Source of the DNA: Lytechinus pictus | Lineage: Eukaryota | Direction: 5' to 3' | Assembly: GCF_037042905.1 (NCBI RefSeq) | Contig: NC_087251.1 | Location: 19,346,001-19,410,000 of the forward strand | DNA: 64,000 bases | Shown here: in pieces, positions 51,240 to 64,000 of the stretch | Position numbering within the stretch: position 1 is the stretch's first letter | Layout of the letters: each line of letters begins with the position of its first letter | Program-made: the position numbers and the translations under genes | Notes under the pieces: model-generated | Databases searched by the model: none | The model's input: only the letters and a program-made list of their open reading frames with translations | What the model was told of the DNA's origin: nothing

Positions 51240-54200
51240 GGTATTGCAAAACATACTGAACATTTGGCAAACTTGTATCCTTGAACAGACAAGGGAAACT
51301 AAAGAGAAACTCTCTGATAAATGCTTGCCGGGGTGGTAAGGAAAATAATAAGAGCTAAGAATATGGGAGGTGAAGAAAGTTAGAAGAAATAAGTGTATTC
51401 AAAAGAGGAAATGGCAGCCAAAAGTATTCCACATTAATGAAATGAGAGATAGAATAAGAGAACAGAGTTTGACTGATGGCTTAATCAAACATATAAGATA
51501 AGAAAATGATACTAGTAACCTTGCCATCATGACATTGAAAGAAAATACATTTATGGAGTATTTCTTATGATTATAATGTTGTATCTGATGTGCTGGTGGG
51601 TTACACTGTTCAACTGCAAAGTCAATCAAGGTGCATCATGGGTAATATTCTGAGAGACTAAGTGTATGTCTGGAATACAGATTATTTTGTGGCAGAGATT
51701 ATCATCATAACATCATTTAGATGCTAGATAATGATAACATGCACTTTCATTTCTGTTTATTTGTATGCATTCTTTTATATCCAACTTAATAAATTTACTT
51801 GGAAAATGATATGGAACAGCATTAATACAAATTGTTGCAATCTTCAGAGACATGTCTGAATGAATAATCTTTTGGATTTGTTGCTTAGACCTTTAAGAAA
51901 CTTCTAATCATGTTCTTTTTTAATCAATGAACATATTTTTCTACTTAAGTATTATAATACAGATATTGGCACAAGTTTTTATTCATTCTTTTCCTGGTAA
52001 GGGACAAAACAACATTGTTGAATGGACAAGAACAGAATTGTTTAAAGCCGCAACAATAAACAGACATAGAAATCAAACAATAACCGAACAGCCACCTTTA
52101 CTAAACAAAAGATTTCCTCATTATGATGATGTGTCTACATTGTTGGCACACCTACTGGTCATGCTTTGGGTAATATAAATAAAAGAGATGCCAAAGGTCA
52201 CAGCCCACCTATGGAAGCTTTTCTGTACATGGTTTTTCATTTTATTCCCTATCCTTGGGGGAATTCAGGCATGCTTTGTTTCCATGTCGCAACCTTGGAC
52301 TTGACCAAGTATACCCAACCCCTTAAATGGGTTTTGTTGTCTGCTACCCGAACTGATTTCCAAATCATTGTATATATTCGTTATACTGTATCCCATGCAT
52401 ATGCCCCATCTTGCAAGCAATAATACAAGGGTTTGGCCAGCCATTATTACCATCCCCTCGGCCCAAATGAAGGACCAGGCGAATTGGATGTTGTGGGAGA
52501 TGAAGCTGGCAGATTTGTGATAATGGGCTTTTGTTACTCTATCGACCCTTTCATTCCGTCCTGGCTTATGTCAACCTTTCATCAGTAATGCTTTGGCCTG
52601 TGGGAGTTTTATGTCAAGAAAATGTACCCCAAATTATTATTTTTTTCCTGTCCACCTCTCTCCCTCTCTCCTTCTCTCTTTCTTCTCATCTGGTGACTGG
52701 AATAACATCCTGTAGTTGTGGAAGCATTACAGAGCGGTGGTACTCAAAAGACAGGGAGACAGATTAGCAAGATTCCAATCTGTTCTCCATTATACCATCA
52801 CAAAATGTGGCCAGGAGCTGGGGAACAGGCTAAAATAAAGAAGAACTGGTGAAAGAAAGACAACACAAATAGGGATCCGAGATGTTCAACAGTCAGAAAG
52901 CAGACTGTAGGCCGACCAAAACCAGAAAGAAAGAAATTGGTATTTTTTTAAGGCCAGCAAAGTTTTGATTATAAAACAAAGAACTTGAAAATCATTAAGA
53001 GAGGAAATAGACCGTTTGAAACCAGTGAACTAGATAAATATTCCTCTTGAAACATGAGAAATATGAACAAAGAAATGAAATGACAAAAAAAAGAAGAAAA
53101 AAACAGGGATGGTAGATGCTCTTCACAATGATAATAACTCAAGAAAAAATAAACCCATTTTTAATAAAGAAGTAAAGAGAAGGCTGGTTACCAAAGGTGA
53201 GAATACTATTTTCAATGTTCTATTTACCCTTTGGCAAGGATTAAAATAAATTTTCTTCTTCTGCAGACATCTCCACCTTAATAAACTCTCACAGACAACA
53301 TATTGCCTCAACATATAAATCAGTGACAACATTCTCCTGAAAGTATGATTTGTAGGTCAAGATAAACGGCCTGTGGGAGTCGTCCAGTTCTAGGGTAAGA
53401 GATAGGACACATGGGTTGTACGTGATTGGTCGAGAGGGTCACGCATTGCCTGATGGGAAGATCGAAGGTCAAGGGTGAATACTGATCTATTGGCCTAAGT
53501 TGCACAGCCATGGCTACGTTTGCAAGTCTTGGGACATTGAGAGATACAATGCACGCCTGACAGTGCAGTATGTGCCACTTGTTTGTGATATATTATAAAG
53601 CGTCCTAAGCGCCTCATACCCCCCTACTCCATATACACATACTCATAAAAAGGGTGGGGCAATAACAAGGGCTTCTATATTGGAGGGACAAAGCAAATCA
53701 TTACTGAATACAATCAGGTGAATGCAGAAATACAATCAAAGTTAGCCAGTGACTGCACAAAACTATCGAATTCTCTCCTTTTGCTATGACTTAAGAGTGC
53801 CCACTGAATCTGAATAGCTGTCTGGAGAGTGCTCTTTCTGCCATGTCCACTGTGCACACAATTCAACTGCAAAAGCAAGGTTATAAATATTAGACCTGTG
53901 CTGGTAATTGATAGCGGTGTTCTGTTGACACACTGGCCAGACTTTGTATTGACAATGTGTCTGCATACAGATCGATTGTACTTAATGATGAACTTGCTGC
54001 AATATATGTGGCCTCTAATGAGGGTTAGGTTTTAATTGGAAGGACTTTGGCCTTCAAATTAAATCATTCCCAGACACCTTTAATGAATTGGGTCAGTTCA
54101 AGACTATGATATACTACTATTGGGCAAATAATGATAAACATCCCCTCAATTTATGGCATTAAGAGATAAGAGCCACCATTTTGAAGTAACTCATGTGTGT

Positions 54201-56054
54201 AGATACAGATTCTGTATCTGGGTGTATCAGAATTCTGCATTTCCTTTTTAGTCAAAATGGGGGGTTTCAACAGTCTTTCTATTGTAAAAACAAAACCCTG
54301 GATATAGCTCCTTTATGAATTCAAATACAATAGCTCCAATCCTACAATTTTGAATATCGCTAAATGTTATCTTGCTACCTATCAAAATCAAAATCACCAC
54401 AAAAGTCTGTTCATGATTCTATCTGGGAAAGACAAAAATAATGACAAATGTAAACAATGAAATTATAATACCCTCTATATCATAGATTTATAGAAAAGAA
54501 ATAGAATCATATACTTCTTTTGCATTTCTGAATATTTGTTCATACCACACAAATATAAACAGGTGAGGATAAAAATTATCCCATATACAAGGTTAATATT
54601 CCCTTTCTTAATAAAGAATTTGACATTATTTTACCTCACAACATTTGTTTCCTTTTTACTTAATATTTGGTATACTTTCTAGGGTACAGGTGGATGTAGT
54701 CTGCCTCCCTTTATATCTTGTCAGAGATACAGCAGAAAAACTTCCATTATTATCATCACTAAGAATTACCATCATTGCATACCTGATACACCAATGTACC
54801 GGCCTAGACATCTAGTATATTTGATTCATTAATATTATCATTACTCTGCTGAAATCAATTCAATTAATTATGTTGCACACTAAATGCTCAAAAGGAAGAG
54901 ATAACTATTTCATGATTTAAGAGTTGTTAAATTTGATAACTCCCCCCACCCCCTTTACCACCCGAATTCACAAAGGGAGGGGGTTAAAAACCATGATGGC
55001 AAATCGTGTTTCTTAAGATACTGCAGCATGTAAATTGTGAAAGGCCCAATAATAACTGCATGTTTTTGGCAAAGCTGTAGTCCTCCCACATCCCTGCTTT
55101 TGTAACCCCCCCCCCCCCCCCAGTTTAAACCCTAGTCTTTCATGAATTTGGGCCTAATAGAGCTATTAAAAAGTTAGTAGATAAATGTACATCTTTACAA
55201 TTCAGAAGTGTAGAGATACAAAGAAAAAATAAGATTTTTTTTGTAAATATTGATTTATAGCAAATTGAGGGCATTCACTAAATATTAGTTAATTCTATCA
55301 ATTTATTTATTCATGGCTTACTTCTTTGTATAACAATAGGTGTATTGATATTATACTACCCATATCATGATTTCATATGAATGTTTGCTGATTCCTGTTT
55401 TTCAAATTGCTTTTCTGCTTATGACCTGAATTCCTATTCAATGCCACATACAGGCATTAGGGAAAACACATTTCAGAGGAACCAGCATGTATCACATTTG
55501 ATTTGCATGGAATTAAAATCAATATTGTTCTTTTACTTCCTATAGCAGATGTATCCATGACTTCAGGACAAAAAAATGAACATTTATTAATTTCATAGTA
55601 TTACCCCCCAAAAGGAGTATATAGTATGCAGCATGAGAGAAAGGAATATATAGTAATTGTATAACCGGACAAGTAAACTCATGCTGGTAATCTCTTGTAA
55701 TTTAATAACATCCTGAATGATCATTTCTTTTCACATTTGTAAAATACCAAGAAAACAAAGCAGTAATATGCAGCGGACATTAAACATCACTGTTTCATGA
55801 TTATTTTTTTTCAACTATTTTGCTGGTATGTTTTGTTTTTTGTTTTTTCAAATTCATTTACCTTTAACCTACATGTAAATGTAAACATGTATGGAACTTC
55901 TCTGAAGGCACTTTAAAAGTCTGAAACGCATCCTTTGTGCAAGCGTCTTTTCATTGCCTATCTTTGCATTAAATCATAGACAATTCATTGGTGAATGCAA
56001 TAAAAACCACTGTGAAGGACGCATAGTACCTTTATATTGAGATTTCTGATATAA

Positions 56055-56855
56055 ACAAGTGGAATGCCTCTGGCCGTCTCACCTGCATCACGCGATTCAA
56101 TATAGCAGCAGTGCTGATTTTGATAACTACTATAACTCGCACAAGATGTTCAGTGATACTTGGTTACTCGTATTTCCACGTTTTATGAACTAGACCAATA
56201 CACTTATAGAGATATGATGGCAATTCAACAAATACCCCCGACGTGGCCAAAGTTCTTTGACCTTACATGACCTTTGACCTTGATCATGTGACCTGAAACT
56301 TGCACAGGATGTTCAGTAATACTTGATTACTATTATGTCCAAGTTTCATGAATCAGATCCATAAACTTTCAAAGTTATGATGGTAATTCAACAGATACCC
56401 CCAATTCGGCCAAAGTTCATTGACCCTAAATGACCTTTGATCTTGGTCATGTGACGTGAAACTCATGCAGGATGTTCAGTGATACTTGATTAACCTTATG
56501 TATAAGTTTCATGAACTAGGTCCATATATTTTCTAAGTTATGATGACATTTCAAAAACTTAACCTTAGGTTAAGATTTTGATGTTGATTCCCCCAACATG
56601 GTCTAAGTTCATTGACGCTAAATGACCTTTGACCTTGGTCATGTGACATGAAACTCAGGCAGGATGTTCAGTAATACTTGATTAACCTTATGGCCAAGTT
56701 TCATAAACTAGGTCCATATACTTTCTAAGTTATGCTGTCATTTCAAAAACTTAACCTCAGGTTAAGATTTGGTGTTGACGCCGCCGCCGCCGTCGCCGCC
56801 GCCGTCGGAAAAGCGGCGCCTATAGTCTCACTCTGCTATGCAGGTGAGACAAAAA
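56055..56855 (-). mobile_element. Helentron-associated non-autonomous element (HINE/DINE-1-like), well-preserved copy
   Basis: Read on minus: TTTTT, subTIR GTCTCACCTGCA (56839-56850), partial inverted copy forming a 5' hairpin (56825-56831), (CGG)n microsatellite (~56779-56806), tandem units of 163-192 bp, then 3' subTIR TGCAGGTGAGAC (56076-56087), short stem and TTT. No TSD. This matches the described HINE/DINE-1 layout. Confidence 0.85.
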
Positions 56856-59800
56856 CCCCGGAAAAGAATTTCGGTGAAGAGCCTAAATGTTCTTCCTCAC
56901 TTGATAAACTACTTTGGAGCAACACGTATACTTCTTTCCCCAAAAGATTAATTTTCTGTTTATTAGATGCACTTGTCAGAGTCACACCCCTGTAAGTATA
57001 ATTCAAGTTCTGAAATAAAACTAAACTATGGAGAATAAATCAACAACTTTAACTATTTCATCATAAGTTAATATAAATTCACTCAAACAAAAATGTATAC
57101 AGTTTTTCCTGAGGTGCAGTGAGGGAATGGTTTGAATTCAAGAGAAGGCATTCGAACAGTCAAATAAGGTGAATGCCACTATTTTCAGCTTGATGTTTTT
57201 GACATCAACTTCATCTAAGATTCAATGCTTCACTCCTAAATAATTTGTGTTGATGATCGCACATTTCCATTTTGTTTAAGAAAGTAGATCTGGGAAATTA
57301 TAAATCTGTTGTACAAATCAAATGAAAGCATTTGACATTTCTAGATTGCCATAAGAATATTATGAGCAAACACTATTTTTTTTTCTTCTTCTATGTCATG
57401 TTTGGTCAAAAATGATATTTTGGCAAAGTCTAAACTCTGACAGTGCAAGTTAGAAATATCAACTAATGGAGAAGCCTTTGGATTTGTAGATTTCTCCTGT
57501 TTACAGTACAATGATAACAATCTTGAACAATAAACTTTGTCACGGTGTAATTAGAGGCCTCTTGAGATCATTTATAAAGCTTCTCCAGGAAAAAAATCCA
57601 CCTTTGATAGACAAATAACACTAAAGGAAATGAACTTGAAGTGAATATATTTTTTTATTCTCACCTAGAAAATTCATGGGGGCATTGCAATTGGGAGCAT
57701 TCATCAATGCGGTGTGCATGAATGTTGCCTTTCTACTCACTGCCTTTCACACATCTCCTGTGTAGAATGCACATGCTACCTATACATTGAATTATTAATG
57801 ACGATAAAGCTCGTTTACAACTTTGCTCTAGGAAGGTATTGCAGGTACATGCTTTTCACAACATTGCACAAACTCATGTCTGAAAACCAGACAACAAAGA
57901 AAACTGCTAATTTTTTAATATTTCTCTGAGATCATTTAGCATTCATAATAATTAAAATCTAAATGAATATTCTTGCAAGATTAAACTAAACTATAAATCT
58001 TCTGGATTCAAAGAACTTTTTTCTCAGAATGAAAAGTGTAGATTTTAGGTCATCAACACATCACAAAAGTACATTTACACTACAATATGGATACACTACA
58101 CATTTCACCTCACTGATAGGTTTATTTGGGCTATAAGAATTTGATATAAAAATCATGGAACCTTTAGGTTCAAACATCAGGACTAATGAACTAAACACCC
58201 CAACACTGTCATCAGAACTCCAATCACATAAGATTTAATTAAGATGTAATTAATCTATCATGGCACCCCCCCCCCCCCCATTTCATACTGACCATCATTT
58301 CTATGTCTCTATAAGCATGCTCAAAAGTCAAAGGTAATCAGTATGCAAAGAAGAAAAGCAGATTGACTTTTCAAAACTTCAAAATAAAAATGCAACCCAG
58401 AAACTGGTGAAAGGTGGCCTTTACACATCCATTCAGTCCTGCACTGTTTCCACTGCAAAAAAAACTAGTTCATCAGAAGGCGCAACACCCCTCTTCCCCT
58501 TGAAAAGTATTACAAAATTTTGCTCGTCCGTGAATGCCCCGTCTCCAGTGGAAAGTGGGAAGTGCAAGTGTGCTTATAATGACATAATATAAGTGATGTT
58601 GCAGTTAAAATGGGCCCTTTGAGTGTGCGATGATGGATGTCAACTGCCACTATCACTTGACTCCTTCAACCTGAAAATATCCATCTAATGAAGGACAATA
58701 CCTAATAACTTTATGACCAACTGACAACGACACCTGTAAACCATGCTCCTGCATGTATAACATCCATCGCATGAAGACTATTAAACATGAAGGAGATATG
58801 GCAAAACCATTATAAAATATTACAGGGACCATGTGCTAAAGCTTACATCCAAGACATTACAGTGTCCTAAAACTTGTTATGATAGATTAACAATATTCAC
58901 TTAAGTGCTATAATCAATAAAGACTGGAATTAGCCCTTAATCGCAAGGTAATGGTGCAGTTTCAAAGCCAACCTGAAAGAAAAGATATTGTTTTAAGCAA
59001 TGCCCCATATGTGTACTAATGGCGTATTGACATTCAAGAGGGCTCTTTATTGCAGGCCATAATGATGGCATCAATTTCGATATTTTCTATTTTAAGTGGT
59101 GGATAAGTTGTATAGTTGATGCTCCATTGAACTATCTAATCACCAAAATATCATCTTTTTGGCATCAGAATGAATTTAATAGAAGTAATAATTATTTTCA
59201 TTAAAACATTAATATCACTTAAGTGAGAATCATTCATGCGACCTACTGTACAAATGTACACAATATTCACTTTGGTGAGCTGTAAAATACAATGATTTTG
59301 ATGAGGAAACCTAGAAAACATTAATAAAATCAGAAGGAAGAACATATTCATTTTCATGAATCATTCCTCGAATGTATTCTGAGCCAAAATGGTTGTAGAT
59401 ATAGCAAACCCCCAAATCTGTGAACCTAGGGTTAAAATTCTTATTACTGTTATACACACTGGCTGGAGGATTAAGACCTCATTTTGATACATTTTTTCAA
59501 TAATATACATTTTTCTATCGTCAAAATATTTCATCTCTGCAAATTTCAAAATAAGATCCCTGACTTTGCTTGCTTTAAACCTTTACTAAATGAGTAACAA
59601 AGAAATTGAATAAAACATCACTAAAAAGAAAGGTAAACTTTCTGCCTATTTTTGTTAATGGCGGTTTAATTTTTGAACATTCTCTGTCTATACACCTTCC
59701 CTGTAAATATGTTTGTTGCTATGTATTCAAAATTTTCTTGATTTATTTGTAATTTTGTGTTGAATGCTTATGATGTTATTTATATTCTTGATAAATACTT

Positions 59801-60730
59801 AATTATTGAAAAAAAAAGTTACAAGCTACTAAGTGCATCAAAATTGATTGGCTGATTTGTCAATCAAATGTAGCATTAATAAAATTTTTTGGAAAATGGG
59901 ACAAAGATGATCCATAATTATATAATAATGGTAGGCCTACTATGGAAGTCAGTAGTCAACAAGTATAGAGTAATTAGGTGGATATAGTCACAGACTCTTT
60001 TCCTCATTATCTTTATTCCAAATCATATTGTGAAATCGTATTGAAATCTCACTTTGCTCATGTACCAAAACATAAAGAATTAGCTTAAAACAACCATTAC
60101 TTTGTTAACAACCAATTCTACATTACATAATATGGAGAACACTCCCAATACTTTCCAAAAAAGTGTGGTCAAATTATATGCACACTTTAAAAGTACTGCA
60201 TTGTATTCTGATGGAATAAAAAAATGTTAATCAAAACATAAATGAATATACATGCATTTATGCGTAAGCTCGTCTAGACCAAAATTACCTTGAACATGAG
60301 AAACTAATTTTACATTCCGTAAGGAGGCTTTTATTCTTTATTTCCACTTACTGCCTGGTAATAAAAGAGATAGAGGGGAAGAGAGCCCACAGAAGCTTTC
60401 AATGCCATTTCATTCCATTCAGAGATGCGCAATGAGTGATTGTTTGGCCGCCATGATGCCCAGGCATAACATTTATGAACAACATGAATGTGAAGCACTC
60501 ATTTTATGTGCATCCCCAGGGCAAGCTCTGTCATTCCAATGGACATAAAAAAGAAACCAGTAGGGGCATCTGCAGATGTGGACCTGGTCGAAGCCTCTAG
60601 GAGCAGGGGAAGGGGTGGGAGGTCACAGCTGATAGTGTCTGTGAGAGTTGTATGCACCCCTACTCTCTTTGGTAGCAATGTTGAGTAAGATACCTTCATG
60701 TGAGGACAAGCTCATGAATGAATGCGGTAA

Positions 60731-60790
60731 TGGTGGGGGTGGGTGGGGATGGTGGTGGGAGGGGGGGGGATGGTGGTGGGAGGGGGGGGG
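60731..60790 (+). other. G-rich tract with G-quadruplex potential
   Basis: GGGGGTGGGTGGGGATGGTGGTGGGAGGGGGGGGATGGTGGTGGGAGGGGGGGGG: seven runs of >=3 G with short loops, including a 21-bp duplication. Confidence 0.65.
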
Positions 60791-63700
60791 AGTGAGGGTT
60801 GGTGAAGTACAGATGGCAACAGGTACAGAAAGATCATCTGAATGCAAACTATCGGCTGTACTTGGTTGATGGGAGGGGTTGAGTTTAAGATACATGGTCG
60901 GGAGAAGAAATAAAATAGCAGGTGCTACTTGACTTAGCAGATAAGCTTTTATGAGGGGTGAGTAGGTTACACTGGTAGATGTGTGTGTATGTAGAGGGGG
61001 GTCCAAGAGGAGGGGGTAGGGGTGGTGGGATAGATCAATATTTATCAATCAATAAACATACTTGAACTATCATTGATAACATGGCTAAACAAGAAATGTT
61101 TCATTATGTTTGAATTTATAGGAAAGACATACTGATTTACTAAACAACAATCCCATCACTGAAAAGTATTGCATGGAAACACAATATTGTAAAAATTAAA
61201 TGTAAAGAATTTTATTTTGAGCTTTCTTTTGCAGCCTTTAATTTAATGACCTAGCGAGGGCAGTGCACACATTCAGGCAACATGCCAAATTGAGAGAATA
61301 AGATAGAAAATAAGAAGTGAAATAAATGGAAGTATTACCCATTGGTGTGGAATATAGATGCATATTGTTGAATGAAGCCCCTATTGTGGAACTATTTGAC
61401 TGACTGTCCCACAAAGAGTTTTTACAGTGCGTCCCTCTCATGAATCAAACAACATACACCTGAACTTGAAATGGATCAATCCATCATTCCCATATATCTT
61501 CTCTATACTCAACTCACAGTATGTATCCACAGTATCGCAAACCCTTCATTGCGAGTCTGTGTAAATCTTTAGCTTGCAGGTCGTGCACTGTAAACACCAC
61601 CTTATCACTTTTTTCTTTCTCTCTCTCCCCTCTCTCTACCCCTCTTCCTTTCACTCTCATAGCTACTCAACGAAAGGAGAACTCAATCAGTTTGCAGTAA
61701 CTTTATACTGTAACAGGGAAAGTGGTCAATGCTCTAGGCATTCTTGATTCAGGACCCTCTGCTCCAATATTAAATCCCGACCAAACTGAGATCTGTCGGT
61801 TTTTTTTTCTCTCATCTTGTTTTTTACCTCCTAATCTAGAATATTGATTTAGCAGCCGTATGTTTCCATTAGCGGCGGGCGGACGTTCAATGTCAGTGGC
61901 AGTCATGTGACCATCCTATTGAGAATGTCCACCACCTCATTTGCATAGTGCCCATGCGTTGGAAGCATGCACATTGTCTGCGCAGGGGTCGTAGGTCCGA
62001 CATAAGTTGAACATTGTCACGGGCCTCGCGACCCAGATCTGTACATACTGTTGAGCCTTGCCCCGACAAAAAGAAAAACGGGTCAGCCATTTGCACAGTT
62101 CTGCATACTTAAAAATCAGAACATATGTGCACAATGCAAACAACAATAATGCATCAAAGATAATAATACATAAAACATCCAGGCTGGGCTTGTAAGGCGT
62201 ATCAAGCTGTAAAATTGACAAACATTAATAATGTTCTTTTTATTCAAAGCTATATTACTTGTACATAATGACTTTAACCCTTTATCTATTTTTTAAAGTC
62301 AGTATATATCAATAAACATATGACTGAGCCATTAGTGCATAGTCTCATTGCAAATCAAGTTTGCAAGATTGAATCATTTCAAAGTATTTAATAAAGGTAC
62401 CAAAACAATAAAGGGAAAAAATGTAGTAAGGGGTTAAAAAGGCATGGTTCCTCCTTCCCATCCAAACAATCACTGACTTTCAAAACAAATGAGCTACTCA
62501 CTATGACTGTAAAATCTAATGTCAAACTTTTATCATTTTAAAGTTAAATTTGTGGCTTTCTTGAACTAAAGATAGCAAGACATTTTGCAATTTACAAATT
62601 ATGTGAGCATAGAATAAATGAACGTGAACTTTCTTATTCACTAACAATAGAAGATGAAACAAAAAATTAGTTCATAGTTTGATGCCCTTCCAGAGGAATT
62701 ATTTCTCTTCCAAACATAAATTCAAATATGTTTTATCAAAATATTCATCTTTGAAATGAACCCCTTGCTTTTAAGATTTTAGGTAAACCTACTTTAACAG
62801 TTACAATATTGCATTATCTAGAGAACAAAAACAGAGTGAGAAGTGAAAACTGATTACAAAACATGTTTGATGCTGTGATAATTCTACAAGTCAATTAAGC
62901 CTATTCAACGATGTTGACTTTTTAAACAATTTGCAGTTCTTCATTCGTAGATGAAAACACGTTTCTTTGAATAAACTCTAATCTGCACCCAAAATACCAA
63001 GAGTTTCGCAAGAGAAATATTGTCACAAAACATTGTTGAAATAGTCAAAGCCTGCTCGTTATAAATCTGCATGTGGAAATTCTTACAAATAATGTTTAAA
63101 ACTTGTTGCTTACAGGCATTTAGTTGATTAGAAATAAGACTAGTTAGATGCAGCTGAAACACTTGCTCAGCCTTGACTCATTATTTTTAATCAAATCTTT
63201 AGAAAAAAAAGGAGTTGTGTTGCAGGATTATAGGATTCTGGATGACTCATAGAGATGTAGGTTTCAGCCACTGGTCAAAAAGCGGATATTTTCTTCAAAG
63301 ACTTTAATAGTATTAACCTCATTTATATGACATTCATAAATGTATGTGTGAGGGCTCATGCCATCACTTAGTTCCTAATTGACACACAAGTATGGAGCAC
63401 AAATTGGCATCAACGATCTAATCATTGATATTGCTTTTTTTTCATTGTAGTCCCATATGAAGCTAATGATTTGAATACAATATATTAAATGAAATTAACT
63501 CATAGAGTCCACCAAAGCACCAATTCTTTTCGCTAAATTAGAGACAGCACTGCTAAATACAAAAGCACATTATTTTTCTTCATAAGTTATGGATTATCCT
63601 CGGGGGAAATAAAGAACATTCAAGATTTTCCCTTTTAATCTAATTCAATTGGAAGATTTTCCATTTCATTTGTATCTGTTAAATTTTTTGATTGAAATAT

Positions 63701-64000
63701 ATGACCCCTTCCTCCCACAACAACCCACCTTTCAAAAAAACTTGTTATTCTTGTCCCAAAATAGAAATTCATATCAGAGTTCATTCACGAATTTGAAACT
63801 CTTGACACTTGATAATGGATCTCCTTACTTTCACAGAATGTATTATTCTTCACTGCATTTCCAGTTCAAACAGCAATGGTTTAAATACAATAATCTATTA
63901 ATAAATTGATCCTAAATAACACAAGAGACAAAAAAAGAAAACATCAAAGAAAAGAGCTCCATATGACACTCATACCTATCTCTCCTATGACAAAACATTG

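Larger units (their letters stand above)
50277..64000 (-). other. Probable upstream intron of BCL11 (first exon apparently outside the window)
   Basis: The CCHC exon starts at an acceptor in phase 1. No MSRRKQ-type coding start found by eye on the minus strand. Confidence 0.6.

Noticed and set aside
59650..59818. T-rich tract ending in poly(A), like a LINE 3' end
   Set aside because: No RT remnant or TSD recognisable; cannot be told from AT-rich background by eye.
60623..61048. 141-aa Pro/His-rich minus-strand ORF as possible BCL11 first exon
   Set aside because: Derived from the G-rich tract; no MSRRKQ motif and no clear phase-1 donor identified.
61423..61435. TACAGTGCGTCCC identical to the TA plus TIR start of the 1169-1975 MITE
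   Set aside because: Match stops after 13 bp and no partner TIR is visible.
61975..62003. ATG TCG start (MSDLRPLRR) as candidate BCL11 N-terminus
   Set aside because: Does not match the MSRRKQxxP NuRD-binding motif.

Overview
AT-rich animal genomic DNA; repeat families and composition suggest a marine invertebrate deuterostome, most likely a sea urchin (inference). The window lies inside one large minus-strand gene, a BCL11 (CTIP/Evi9, BCL11A/B-like) zinc-finger transcription factor. A 426-bp phase-1/phase-1 exon at 49851-50276 encodes the N-terminal CCHC finger (DLLQCGDC...HKRKC). It splices in frame across a 49,249-bp intron to a large exon starting at 601 that encodes the first C2H2 finger (YICVSC...HAQEDHG) and a Pro/His-rich region running off the window's left edge. 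I did not find the expected MSRRKQ first exon by eye. The introns hold non-autonomous mobile elements (Tc1/mariner-type foldback MITE, Harbinger-type MITEs, two Helentron/HINE-like copies, two tRNA-derived SINEs, an element built like a tyrosine-recombinase/Crypton substrate), minisatellites and recent tandem duplications. The most interesting unexplained signals: a fixed-spacing TGGCC-N10-GGCY motif cluster at ~28.4-29.5 kb, a TGACCA cluster with a duplicated CTTTGACCAATCGA at 3.4-4.5 kb (possible BCL11 autoregulation), an LC8-type KETQT motif in the protein, and the split-palindrome element at 5.2-5.8 kb. Almost all listed ORFs other than the two exons look spurious.
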